Assembly (NCBI GenBank): GCA_963514005.1
Contig: OY740792.1
Location: forward strand, 31,496,001 to 31,560,000
Reading direction: 5' to 3'
From: Raja brachyura
Lineage: Eukaryota
DNA: 64,000 nt
The position numbers were made by a program, and so were the translations under genes. Below, one piece after another: positions 1-11,207 of this stretch (its first letter is position 1; each line of letters starts with the position of its first letter). The notes below the pieces were generated by a model. That model saw nothing but the letters and a program-made list of their open reading frames with translations. It was not told where the DNA came from and ran no database searches.

Positions 1-462
1 GCAGCTCCAATATGCTCCCATTGTAAATATGTAATTTTGCCAAGATGCTTGTCTACACTCAAAATGTTAAAGCTTAGTAGATAATTATACCCATCAAAAC
101 TGTAGTTAAGCATTTATTGTTGTCTTTGTGTTTAAAACATACATAACCCTGATGTACTTTAGAGTTTGGAGATTCTGCAGAGAGGGCCTCCAAGAGAATG
201 CTTGTTTCTCTTGACAAATACTTTTTGTATCAACCAGCTTCAGCCTCCAAGTTCAAAAGCTCACAAGAGTGTGTGTACCAGTGTGTTATGATGAGGCGTG
301 TAAGTGCATCCGTGTTACAGTGAGATTTGCAGGGTTCATCTAAGTGTTACAATGAGGATTGTGAATATGTCAGTGTGTTATGCTAAGGGGTGTGGTGTGT
401 TCCAGAGTGTAACAGTGAGGGGTGAGAGTCATATCAGTGTTACAATGAAGAGTAGGCACCCG

Positions 463-1220
463 AAGCTGCAGATTGAATCTCAGTGTGAGATTTTGATATA
501 TTTTTGATTAGTACAGGTGCCAGAGGTTATGGGGAGAAGGCAGGAGAATAGGGTTAGGAGGGAGAGATTGATCAGCCATCTAGAATGGTAGAGTAGACTT
601 CATGGGTTGAATGGTCTTGTGGGATGGTTTTGTGGAATGGTCTTGACGAAACGATTAAACAAAGTATGAATATAATGCAATTTTAAAAAATGTACAAAAG
701 ATATATCCTTGAAAAGTACAGTAATGAGGAAGGAGAATGTAAATCTCACAGATGTTAATGGTGCTTGTTCTTTTGTTCTTTTCTTTTTTTCTTTTTTTTA
801 AATTAATAGCTTGATTGGACTAGTTTTATTTGAATTGTCTGTTTAGTTTATTTTATTGAATTTTGCATTTGTTAATGGTGAAGAATGGGGGTAGGACTTG
901 ACAAGCATAGGCTTCTTCCTATCCCTTTTCGAACGAGTCTAATGTGTATTATGTTGAAATTGGCTTTTGATTTTTTNNNNNNNNNNNNNNNNNNNNNNNN
1001 NNNNNNNNNNNNNNNNNNNNNNNNNNNNNNNNNNNNNNNNNNNNNNNNNNNNNNNNNNNNNNNNNNNNNNNNNNNNNNNNNNNNNNNNNNNNNNNNNNNN
1101 NNNNNNNNNNNNNNNNNNNNNNNNNNNTTTTCATTTTTTTCTTTTCTTCTCTTTTTTTTAATCGTTCGAAATAAAGATAAAATGGTCTAATTCTACTCCT
1201 ATCACTTATGACCTTATGAT
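463..1220 (+). mobile_element. CR1 LINE 3' tail interrupted by a 5'-truncated non-LTR retrotransposon 3' end (618-1180)
   Basis: GGTTATGGGGAGAAGGCAGGA...AATGGTCT|AATTCTACTCCTAT resembles the CR1 tail at 39525-39657. AATGGTCT is repeated at 610-617 and 1181-1188 (TSD). The insert ends with AATAAA and an A-rich tail. Confidence 0.6.
977..1127. other. Assembly gap (N run)
   Basis: Run of N characters. Confidence 0.99.
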
Positions 1221-1221
1221 C

Positions 1222-1555
1222 TATGCTGGTTTACAAAAAGACGCAAAGTGCAAGAGTAACTCAGCAGGTCAGGCAGCATCTCTGGAGGACATGGATAGGA
1301 GGCGTTTTAGGTCAGGCCATTAAGTCTTCCAATTAATGGTGGCATTGGGTGGGGGTAGAAAGCTGAAAGAGAATGGGACAGAACAAAGCCTGGTGAATGA
1401 TGAGTGACAGGTGGATACAGGTGAGCGGCGATATGGATAGACAAAGGTCAGAGATGAAAAGACAAAAGGTGTGAGATAAGGGTAGAAGAGGTGAGAATTG
1501 TGAAGTCAGAGAAAGGGGAGGATGAAAGAGAGAAATGGGTGTGAGTCCAGGTTCA
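1222..1555 (-). mobile_element. Degenerate Penelope-like 3' UTR/pseudo-LTR fragment
   Basis: GAGTAACTCAGCAGGTCAGGCAGCATCTCTGGAG followed by a purine-rich tract, colinear with 8233-8600. Confidence 0.6.
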
Positions 1556-2489
1556 CTGAACACTGGCATTCAGTCTGCTGATGCCTGCTGAACCTCCCGG
1601 TTGCTAACAATTTTAGCTCCCTTTCCCTATGCCATGGTGAGAGGTGTGTGGTGTATTTGAGTGTTACAGTCTGGGGATTGGGGTGTATCAGAGTGTTACA
1701 GTCTGGTGTTTGAGGTGATGGAGCGTTACAGTGAGAGGTGTGAGATGTATCTGAGTATTACAATGTGGGGTGTGGGGCGTATCAGTGTTACAATGATGAC
1801 CATGGGGTGTATCAGTTTTACAGTGAGGAGTGTGGGGTGTACCAGAGTTACAATGAGAGATGTACAGTATCCCTGGGTGTTACAGTCAGGGGTGTGGGAT
1901 GTGCTAGATCATTGCAGTGAGGGGGATGGAAAATATCTGAGTGTTGGTTGTGGTGAGAATAGTAAGATTAAATGAGAACGTACCAGTTTGAAGTTTGATC
2001 TTTATTTTATGAGGAGTTACGATGACCGATTACGTGAAGAAGGCCGTCAGCCGGCATGTGCGTCAATCTTCAAAGCAACGGTGTGAAATCACAGATAACA
2101 GTAGTTGAACGGAACATAGTAAGATTAGAGAAGAGTAAAACTACCAGATGACCTTTATGATACGAGGGTTGGGAGCAGAGGGCATGTAATCGCTCATCGT
2201 AACCCCTTATAAAATAAAGATCAAACTTCAAACTGGTAAGTTCTCATTTAACCTTACTATTTTACTTCGGAGTCATGTGAGTGACTACGTGAAGATTTCA
2301 AAGCTCTGTGATTTCATGCCGGAAACGAGTCCATGCGTCACACACTACATGGATTGACCATGGATGAGTGAAAAAGATTAATGCATTCAGACATGATTTA
2401 GTTTGTTAAAAATGCTGATGCTTTAATTATCAAAGTAGAATAATAATGACTCCTTTCATCCAGGGGGAAACTATAAAACAGAATCTAAA

Positions 2490-3443
2490 ATGGAGTTGGC
2501 AAATACCCCCGGTCTGGCAATGGGTTATTATAAAATGTTTGGAAAGTATGTTTGCTTGACCATCCTGCAGCTGCTAGGATGTGGTCCAGCGGAACATACA
2601 TAACCTTTGGAGCTGATGTGGTAGCAGCCCTGGTGGAGTGCGAGTTGAAAATATTAGTATTGACTCATGCATTAGCCAAAACCCCATTTTAACCACCTGG
2701 AGATGGTTTGAACTAATACCTTCTTATGAGTTTTTTTTGTAACTAACAAACATTGCTAGTTTGAAGCCTTTAAGGCTCTGGTGACCTTGACGTATTGTTG
2801 TAAATGTGTGATCACACATTACCAAAGGTCCATGGGGTATGCCATGAAAACTAGTTTGAGACCTGGTTAGTTCAGGTTAACTAGATCATAACATGAAATA
2901 TTATGCTATTTGCAGATGTAACCATCCTGTCCAGTCGCAATTTATGTGGTGACTGGACCCGTTGCACTGAGACCAGTGCCATGAGGATAACTATCTTATG
3001 AGAGCCGGCTAAAGATGAGGATGTAGCTGGAGCTCCCTGGTGAAGTAGTGTTAACATAACGTCAATATCCTATACTTCCATGTAACTGGACCTGGGCGAA
3101 CTTGTGTTAAAGATATCCTTTATAATTCTGGATATCAGAGGGTGAGACCCGACAGTGTGGGTCCCACTTGTTGCACAAATATGATGAGAAGACACGTTGG
3201 CACAGTTAATGGCACTATACCTTAATTATTGTCAAAGACCCACTTGAAAATGAACTCCAAGACGTCAGTTATCTGTGCTGTAACATGTAACATGTTATAT
3301 GTAACATGTGTATTTAAACAAATACGCTTCCCATATCCTGAAGAGGAAAGGTACTGCCTTTTTGGTGCTATCCCTGCTCTCTGCAGAGAGCACTTACATG
3401 GATCGGTCTGACAACCCGAGCCGCAGGAATAGTCGTCAGAGTC
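2490..3443 (-). pseudogene. Disrupted tyrosine recombinase of DIRS copy A
   Basis: Reverse strand near 2590-2655 encodes IFNSHSTRAATTSA, matching VFKSHSTRAASTSA of the intact YR. Stops and frameshifts are present. Confidence 0.8.
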
Positions 3444-3541
3444 TGCAAGTCAATGAATTGATTTATCATGCAGATGCTGGTTTCCCGAGTCACAAGCTGA
3501 ATAAGCAAAGTTTTATGTTTAGAATAACCATATAAGGTTCT

Positions 3542-5850
3542 ATTTTACTTCGGAGTCACGTGAGTGACTTTGTGAAGACCCCGCCAGCACGCATGCGCGA
3601 CATATCGTCGACCGCATGTGAAGCGACAGGCAGGGAGGAGGGTCGCTCCTCCACCGGAACGGACCTGCAGGTAAGGTTTTTTCTTTCAGGGACTCTGTGC
3701 GACAGAGTACCCCACCAATGGGCCGCCTCAAGAGACTGACTGCGGACCGCGGACGGCGGGCAGTCAGCGGCGGCAGAACTCACCTCAGAAGTCGGGCAGC
3801 CCGTTGACCCGCCAGGGTCCGGGCGCATAGAATCGCCATTCGCAGGTAGTGACGGCAGAACGGCAGCCCCGACTTTAACATCGCAGCCCTCAGGATCACC
3901 ACGGACTGATGGCTACGCTACCCGGAAGTCGGGTCCTCTGAGACAGCGTCGGGTCCCCGACTCAAACACAGGCGGCACAACGCCTGGAAGTGGACCCGGC
4001 GGGGTTCAGGCTCACAGACTAGCCATTGGGGCAGTCTATATTCCCCCATGAGGGCACACTCCAGCAGGAGTGTGGACACCATGGGTCTCCGAGCAGTACA
4101 CTTTACAGGGCTGCCAAATGCTCACCCTCTTTGCAGGGCAGCATAAGGAGTCAGGCCTAGGCTGATTCTGAAGGAGGGAATCGCATTACGCAACATCTGC
4201 CCAAACCTGGCAGAAATATGACCAACAGGTAAGTTTTACTAACCTTGAGTTGGTTCAGTTTCTGTATTGTTTAAATCCCTTAATAATGCAGAAAACGAGC
4301 AGTAAGAAGGCTGCTTCAAGCACGCCATTGAAGACCGCGGGACTTCGGAGCGAGGTCGGCGGCCAACATTCCTGGAGTTGACCGTGTTTTCCGGCAGCAT
4401 CTGTACCTCAGGCCGGAAAGACAGCGCAGAAGTCGGGGAGCCCCGCATAGTCGGGACCCGACTCTCCACCGCAGCAGTCCGGGGAGCTGCATACTGGCGG
4501 TAGGACTGCGCGGGATCAAGGTAGCTAAGACGCGACTCCCCACCGCTTTAGTCTGTATGAAAACAGACCAGTGGCAAAAAAGTGCGGACGACGGGGCCTG
4601 GTTAAGGGCACACCCCGACTCTCCACCGCTTCAGTTCGCTAGACTGCGGACCAGTGGCAAAACTGCACAAATGTCGTGTAGCCCCGTTGGAGCAGTTGGC
4701 ACCGACTCTCCACCGCTTCAGTTCGCTAGATTGCGGACCGGTGGCAAAACTAAACACAAGTCGAGTAGCCCCGCACGAGCGGCAGGCACCGACTTTGCGT
4801 CACATCAGTCCCGAAGACACGGGACTGGCGGCAAGCCTGCGCGGATGTCGTGTAGCCCCGCTGGAGCGGCTGGCACCGACTCCTTACCGTCGCAGTCGCA
4901 ATAGACAGGCGGAAAAACCAACAGGAAGTTGTGTAGCCCCGCAGGAGCGGCTGGCACCAGCTCTCCACCGCTTCAGTCCGGAGGACCGCGGACAAGCGAC
5001 AAATCCGCGCAGGAGTCGTGTAGCCCCGTAGGAGTGGCTGGCATCGACTACCTACCTCAGCCCCATAGACATCACCTCGACGAGGTGCGGACTGTCGGTA
5101 GAGGCCCCATTTGTTCATCAGAACTTGGGGAAGACGACTTGCCATCCGCAGATAGCGGCGGCGGTCGCATAGCTCAAATGGAGCTCATGGTCGAGCAGCT
5201 GCTCGAACGGGACCTTCTCCATCAGAAGCGTGCGTCCCTAGGATCCCAAACATCAACGGCAGGGGCCATGACAGGGCTGACCAACATCTCTCCCTCCTCA
5301 GTAGGGAGTGCCAGAAGTCAGGCACTAGCTGACTTCGAAGAGGGGTTGGCTGAAGACCTACAGTTGCAAGGGATGCAAGAAGAGGAACTTCTGGGAATGG
5401 TGTCTTCGCTCAGCCATCCCAGAAAGGGCAACCTCTTCAGCCAAGGCTAGCGGCAAGCATAAACTACCTGAGAACACACCAATTACAGGAACAGGGAATT
5501 TCGGAGACCACAAGCAAGTACATGGCCCGGAAAATTGTGTGTAGCTGAACGTCCACACCCATATGGGGAAACATCAGCCCTGGGATAAGGGCACAGAGAA
5601 AAATTCAAAAAATCCTGAAACTACTGACCTCAGGCATCATTGCATTTGCCAGGTGAGTCAACGGTATGGACATGATGGAAGAGCAGCAGAATGCATCCAT
5701 GAAGCGTATGCTCTGCAATACGCAATATGAGTTCAATTGCTTTGGAAAAGCTCTATCCGTCCTACACTCAACCCCAAAAATTGCGGGTTTGTGTAAGGCC
5801 TTTTGCTTACTCATCCAGGTCTTACCTGTTGGGTAAGTCTTACCTGAAGA
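3542..5850 (+). mobile_element. DIRS1-type copy B: 5' half (5' terminus plus disrupted gag), inverted inside copy A
   Basis: Starts ATTTTACTTCGGAGTCACGTGAGTGACTTTGTGAAGACCCCGCCAGCACGCATGCGCGACATATCGTCG, nearly the reverse complement of 57593-57662. The gag peptide GRIAQMELMVEQLL matches copy C and the intact gag (GRIDRMERLLELLL). Confidence 0.85.
4455..5055 (+). repeat. 87-bp (29-aa) tandem repeat in the gag N-terminal region of copy B
   Basis: ACCGAC-type unit starts at ~4614, 4701, 4788, 4875, 4956 and 5043. Translation repeats DSPPLQ...SCSPAGAAGT. Confidence 0.8.
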
Positions 5851-6287
5851 GAGGATTCGGCGGCTGGGCCCCTTCCATGTCACCCTGATAGCGCTGTTCA
5901 CTGCCGGCACTTGTAGCGTGAGGGAAACTCTGGAGACCAACTCTTCCGGCAGCAACACCTTCGTTTGCGAGTATCTCTTGAAGCCATATGCATGTGCTCC
6001 AGTATGTTCCACGGACATACTTTCAATTTTGAAGTCAGTTACATACTGACCACTTGCTCTGCCCTCCACAGAGAGGGAGATTTGTAGGCAGTCTTGAAAC
6101 AGGTGCAGCCGCAGGCTCCTTAGGATACCTGCGCTGATATGGCCCCTCTTTTGGACCGATACCAGGTTTGAGCATCACATTTGTGGGATAAACGCCGGAG
6201 GGCGCTATCCATGCTCCATCTGGGTTTAACGTGTGAGGACGTTCCAAGTATGTCAGAGGGGAACCCTCCTGGTGCGACTCCCCTAGT

Positions 6288-6575
6288 CCACAGGCCTAAC
6301 CTTCTTACTTTTGGTTTTACACCCTTTCTGGGGACCCACAGCGGTCTGGAAGCGGCTGACCGCTGTATGTTGGAGGGGTCCATCCTGGCCTGACTTACAC
6401 AAGCCTAATCATCTTACTTTTGGTTTTACACCCTTTATGGGGACCCACAGTGGTCTGGAGCAGCTGACCCCTGTATATTGGGTGGGTCCCTCTTGGCCTG
6501 ACTTTCACAGACCTTACCGGCTTATTGTTGGTTTTACCCCCTTGCTGGGGAACTGCAGCCGGTCTGGAAGACACT
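6288..6575. repeat. ~108-bp tandem repeat, about 3 copies, in the 5' region of DIRS copy A
   Basis: CTTACTTTTGGTTTTACACCC...GGGACCCACAG(C/T)GGTCTGGA recurs three times. Confidence 0.75.
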
Positions 6576-8325
6576 GACTATACTGTCAGTGACTTGGGTG
6601 GCGAACCCGACGGCAGCCGGCTACCCGCACTTCTGTGGTCTCTGTAGCCGGTTCCCCATGGTCCCGGTTTCCGTGGTCTGAGACCGGGATTCCCCACGGT
6701 CCATAACCGGTTTCGCGGCCCGTCCGAACTTCGCCCCGAATTAGTCCAGCAGGAAAATCTCTGAAACAGAGGTTCCTGCAGAAAATAGAAAAAACAGAAC
6801 CTGGGAATAAGTTGAAAACTTACCTTCAGGTTTAAACTTACCGCTGGAAGGAGCAACGCGCCGGCCAGTCAGCCGTTGTGCAATGCGCTGGACGTAATGA
6901 CGCGCATGCGGGCTGACGGCCTTCTTCACGTAGTCACTCACGTGACTCCGAAGTAAAATAACAGTGTACAGTGAGGAGTGTGGGGTGGAATCAGTGTCAC
7001 TGTGGCCAGTGTGGATTTCATCAGAGAGCTACAGTGAGGGGCGTGGAGTATATTAGTGTTATAATGAGGGCTGCGGAGAATTGCAGCGGTGTTGTGAGGG
7101 TTGTGGAGGACCTCAGAGTGTTACAGTGAGCAGTGCAGTGTGAGCCTGTGTTACAATGAGGTGTGTAGAAATGTACAGTGGCTTGCAAAAGTTTTCATAC
7201 CCCTTGAACTTTTTCACATTTTGTCACGTCACAACCTCAAACGTAAATGTATTTTATTGGGATTTTATGTGATAGACCAACACAAAGTGGCGCATAATTG
7301 TGAAGTGGAAGGAAAATTATACATGGTTTTCAAATTTTTTTTACAAATAAAAAACTGAAAAGTGTGACGTGCAAAATCAGCCTCCTTTATTCTGGTACCC
7401 CTAAATAAAATCCAGTGCAACCAATTGCCTTCATAAGTCACCTAATTAGTAAATAGAGTCCCCTTGTGTGTAATCTAATCTCAGTATAAATACAGCTGTT
7501 CTGTGAAGGCCTCAGAGGTTTGTTAGAGAACATTTGTGAACAAACAGCATCATGAAGCCCAAGGAACACACCAGACAGGTCTGGGATAAAGTTGTGGAAA
7601 AGTTTAAAGCAGTGTTAGGTTATAAAAAAATATCCCAAGCTTTGAACATCTCATGGAGCACTGTTCAATCCATCATCTGAAAATGGAAAGAGTATGGTAC
7701 AACTGCAAACCTACCAAGACATGGCCGTCCACCTAAACTGACAGGCCGGGCAAGGAGAGCATTGATCAGAGAAGCAGTCAAGAGGCCCATTGTAACTCTG
7801 GAGGAGCTGCAGAGATCCATAGCTCAGGTGGGAGAATCTGTCCACAGGACAACTATTAGTCGTGCACTCCACAATTCGGGCATTTATGGAAGAGTGGCAA
7901 GAAGAAAGCCATTGTTGAAACAAAGCCATAAGAAGTCCCGTTTGCAGTTTGCCACAAGCCATGTGGGGGACACAGCAAACACGTGGAGGAAGGTGCTCTG
8001 GTCTGATGAGACCAAAATTGAAGTTTTTGGCCTAAATGCAAAACGCTATATGTGGCAGAAAACTAACACTGAACATCACCCTGAACACACCATCCCCACT
8101 GTGTTTAAACATGGTGATGGCAGCATCATGCTGTGGGGATGCTTTTCTTCAGCAGGGACAGGGAAGCTGGTCAGAGTTGATAGGAAGATGGATGGAGCCA
8201 AATACAGGGCAATCTTGGAAGAAAACCTGTTAAAGAAGGAACTGCAGATGCTGGAGAATCGAGGGTTACACAAAAAGCTGGAGAAACTCAGCGGGTGCAG
8301 CAGCATCTAAGGAGTGAAGGAGATA

Positions 8326-8360
8326 GGCGACGTTTCGGGTCGAGACCCTTCTTCAGACTG
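8326..8360 (-). ncRNA. Minimal type I hammerhead ribozyme motif of the Penelope pseudo-LTR
   Basis: Minus strand reads CAGU-CUGAAGA-A-GGGUC-UC-GACCC-GAAA-CGUC: the CUGANGA/GAAA core, stem II and a GUC site. Confidence 0.75.
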
Positions 8361-8602
8361 GTCAGGGATCAGGGAAACGAGAGATATAAACAGTGATATG
8401 GAGAGATAAAGCAAGAACAATGAGTGAAAGATATGCAAAAAAGTATTGGAGATAAGGAAAGCAGGCCATTGTAAGCTGTTTCTGGTGTGAAAATGAGAAG
8501 CTAGTGCAACTTGGGGGGGGGGGGGGGGGAGATGGAGAAGGAATGTCAGGGCCCGAGGGCTGAGGGAGAGGTGGGGGGGTGGGGGGAAAGGAGCAGTCTG
8601 GG

Positions 8603-9206
8603 TTAACAGAATTGAGAAAATTCAATGTTTAAGCCCAGAGGATGCAGACTCCCCAAGCGGAATATGAGATGTTGTTCCTCAAACTTGCGGTGTTGTTCAC
8701 TCTGGCCATGGAGGAGGCCCAGGACCGAGAGGTCGGATACGGAGTGGGAGGGGGAGTTGAAGTGCTGAGCCACCGGGAGGTCGGGTTGGTTATTGCGGAC
8801 CGAGCGGAGGTGTTCGGCGAAACGATCGCCTAGCCTCCGCTTGGTCTCACCGATGTAGATTAGCTGGCATCTGGAGCAACGGATGCAGTAGACGAGGTTG
8901 GAGGAGGTGCAGGTGAACCTCTGTCGGACTTGGAATGACTGCTTGGGTCCCTGAAAGGAGTGGATGGGGGAGGTGAAGGAACAAGTGTAGCATCTCTTGC
9001 GGTTGCAAGGGAAAGTGCCCGGGGAAGGAGTGGAGTAGGAGGGAAGGGAAGAATTGACGAGGGAGTTGCGGAGGGAGCGGTCTTTGCGGAAGGCAGATAG
9101 GGGGGGAGATGGGAAGATGTGGCGAGTGGAGGGGTCACGTTGGAGGTGGCGAAACTGGCGGAGGACTATCTGTTGTATGCGCTGGCTGGTGGGGTGAAAG
9201 GTGAGG
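8603..9206 (-). CDS. Penelope ORF C-terminus: Cys-rich linker plus GIY-YIG endonuclease (partial)
   Basis: PCNRKRCYTC...NLVYCIRCSRCQLIYIGETKRRLGDRFAEH...PVAQHF...GLN. The frame is open up to the 5' truncation point. Confidence 0.9.
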
Positions 9207-9861
9207 TTGGAAGAAAACCTGTTAGTCTGCAAAAGACTTGAGACTGGGGCAGAGGTTCCCCTTTCAGCAGGACAACGACCCTAAACATACAGCCAGAGCT
9301 ACAATGGAATGGTTTAGATCAAAGCATTTTCATGTGTTATAATGGCCCAGTCAAAGTCCAGACCTAAATCCAATTGAGAATCTCTGGCAATACTTGAAAA
9401 TTGCTGTTCAAAGATGCTCTCCATCCAATCTGACTGAGCTTGAGCTATTTTGCAAAGAAGAATGGGCAAAAATTTCAGTCTCTAGATGTGCAATGCTGTT
9501 AGAGACATATCCCAAAAGACTTGCAACTGTAATTGCAGCGAAAGGTGGATCTACAAAGTATTGACTCGGGGGGGCTGAATACTTTTGTACGCCACACTTT
9601 TCAGTTTTTTATTTATAATAAAATTTGGAAACCATGTATCATTTTCCTTCCACTTCACAATTATATGCCACTTTGTGTTGGTCTATCACATAAAATCCCA
9701 ATAAAATACATTTACGTTTGTGGTTGTAATGTGACAAAATGTGGAAAAGTACAAGGGGTATGAAACCTTTGCAAGCCACTGTATATCAGGGTGTAATGCT
9801 GAGGGTTGTTATGTTTATCTGCGTTACAATGAGAGGTTTGGTGTATCCAAGCCTTATAGGC

Positions 9862-10555
9862 CAAGGCCTGTCGCTCTTAGTCAACTTTTTGGGCGACTGC
9901 AGGAGACTCTACGGTTGCCACATGGCCGCCACATATTCGCGGGTGGTTGCCGGGGAGTCGCCTTCATGGTCGTGAGGAGTTCCCGCATTCTGGGAACTAG
10001 TCGCGGGCTCATTATGGTCGCCGCAACAGCGTAGCGCGACCAGAATGAAACCGCCATGGAGAGTCACCAGGAAGTCCTAGTGTGTTGCCAGGAGGTCGAA
10101 GGTTTGTGTAGGTTGTAGCCAGTGCTGACCATTGAATGTCATTGGCTCGTTGGGGAAAAAAAATAAGCAGTAGTTTTCAGAACCAAGGATAACCGACCGG
10201 TAATGTTAATGTCCGCCGAGCTTCACAGCCGTGTATCTCTGGCCTCTTAAAAGTTGTCTCCACTCCTTCTCCCCCTTCTCCCCCTCTCCCTCCTCTTTTA
10301 AAGGACTTACCGTACACTGTGCTTTAGCCGTCATAATTACAGTGCCAACCTTCCTCTTCATCGCGGTGTGTGTCTGTATCACATTGGCTTTGCACCGTGT
10401 GAATTTCACTCAGACAGCGCTCCCCCCACTTGCCCTGTCCCCACCTGCATAACGGGCTGGTGAAGGAAACGATGTTTGTGTGTGTGTTCCACTCTGACAG
10501 TCGCCGTTCCATTTGCCGGTTTTTCAGGCGATTGCAGGCGACTTGACAGGCCCAT
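9862..10555. mobile_element. PIF/Harbinger-type non-autonomous element with degraded TIRs
   Basis: Ends GGCCTGTC...GACAGGCCCA. The internal AAGGACTTACCGTACACTGTG core is shared with 15702, 17662, 26893 and 32513. Confidence 0.65.
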
Positions 10556-10748
10556 GAAGCGTATGATTGCAGCGAGAGATGTGGGGCATATCAGTGTGTT
10601 ACAGCACAATACAATGGGATTTCTCAGCTGTCTACATCTCCTGATAACATTCTCACTTCACAATCTCTGCATTGAGCACAAGCTAATTTATTCTATGTAT
10701 TCCACCATTATACACACAATGTTCCCCACATCACCTACTTGACCATTA

Positions 10749-11207
10749 AGGGCCTGTCCCACGAGCATGCGACTCCATGCGGCAAGCTCGACCTAACGTG
10801 GTCGCTTGAGCCGTACGGCCTCGTGGGGCCGGTCCCACTTCGATCGCCGGAGCCGTATGGAGTTGTGCGGAGCTGGTCCCGACATTACGTGCAGCAACGG
10901 CCTGTTGGCCCACAGCCACCTCGACACCATACGCAGCGTCTTGACACAGTATGCAACGTCTCTATGCCGTACGCAGCGTCTTGACGCTGTACGTCACGCA
11001 CGAACTTCCCGCGGACTTTGCTCGAACATCACGTCACTCACTCGATCTCCACGCGGCCCCCGCTTCCGGTTTGGTCGTGTTTGCCGCATGCAGGCGCATG
11101 CTGGTGGGACTGGCCCTGTGCGAGAATCACTTGACCTCCGTGCGGCCCCCACTTCCGGTTTGGTCGCGCTTGTCGCATGCAGGTCGCATGCTCGTGGGAC
11201 AGGCCCT
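10749..11207. mobile_element. PIF/Harbinger-type MITE
   Basis: Perfect TIR AGGGCCTGTCCCACGAGCATGCGAC. TTA TSD at 10746-10748 and 11208-11210. Confidence 0.88.

Larger units (their letters stand above)
1958..6959 (-). mobile_element. DIRS1-type retrotransposon copy A (degenerate, pol largely lost)
   Basis: 3' end at 1958-2066, ICR at ~2183-2295 (CTTACTATTTTACTTCGGAGTC junction) and 5' end at ~6897-6959 are mutually complementary. A YR remnant lies at ~2490-3443. Confidence 0.9.
8233..9206 (-). mobile_element. 5'-truncated Penelope-like element inserted in the Tc1 transposase
   Basis: 18-bp TSD TTGGAAGAAAACCTGTTA at 8215-8232 and 9207-9224. Contains a GIY-YIG ORF and a pseudo-LTR tail. Confidence 0.92.
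7552..9564 (+). pseudogene. Tc1 transposase pseudogene
   Basis: ATG at 7552 (MKPKEHTRQV), in-frame TGA at 7678. Motifs [29 protein letters not shown] and SPDLNPIENLW are present. Interrupted at 8233-9206. Confidence 0.93.
7176..9781 (+). mobile_element. Tc1/mariner transposon (DD34E-type, ~200-bp TIRs), inactivated
   Basis: TA|CAGTGGCTTGCAAAAG at 7174 and CTTTGCAAGCCACTG|TA at 9783. Long inverted repeats and a transposase lie between them. Confidence 0.95.
270..10605. repeat. Degenerate ~30-bp tandem array (approx. CAGTGTTACAGTGAGGGGTGTGGGGTGTAT), fragmented by later TE insertions
   Basis: GTGTTACA(G/A)TGAGG units recur at ~270-455, 1635-1955, 6961-7173, 9784-9850 and ~10570-10605. The intervening blocks are the TEs listed below. 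Confidence 0.65.

Noticed and set aside
885-1190. ORFs spanning N runs (also 16000-16296)
   Set aside because: Artefacts of translating through assembly gaps.
7762-8310. Transposase-Penelope fusion protein
   Set aside because: Incidental read-through into the antisense pseudo-LTR. There is an upstream in-frame stop at 7678 and the catalytic domain is incomplete.
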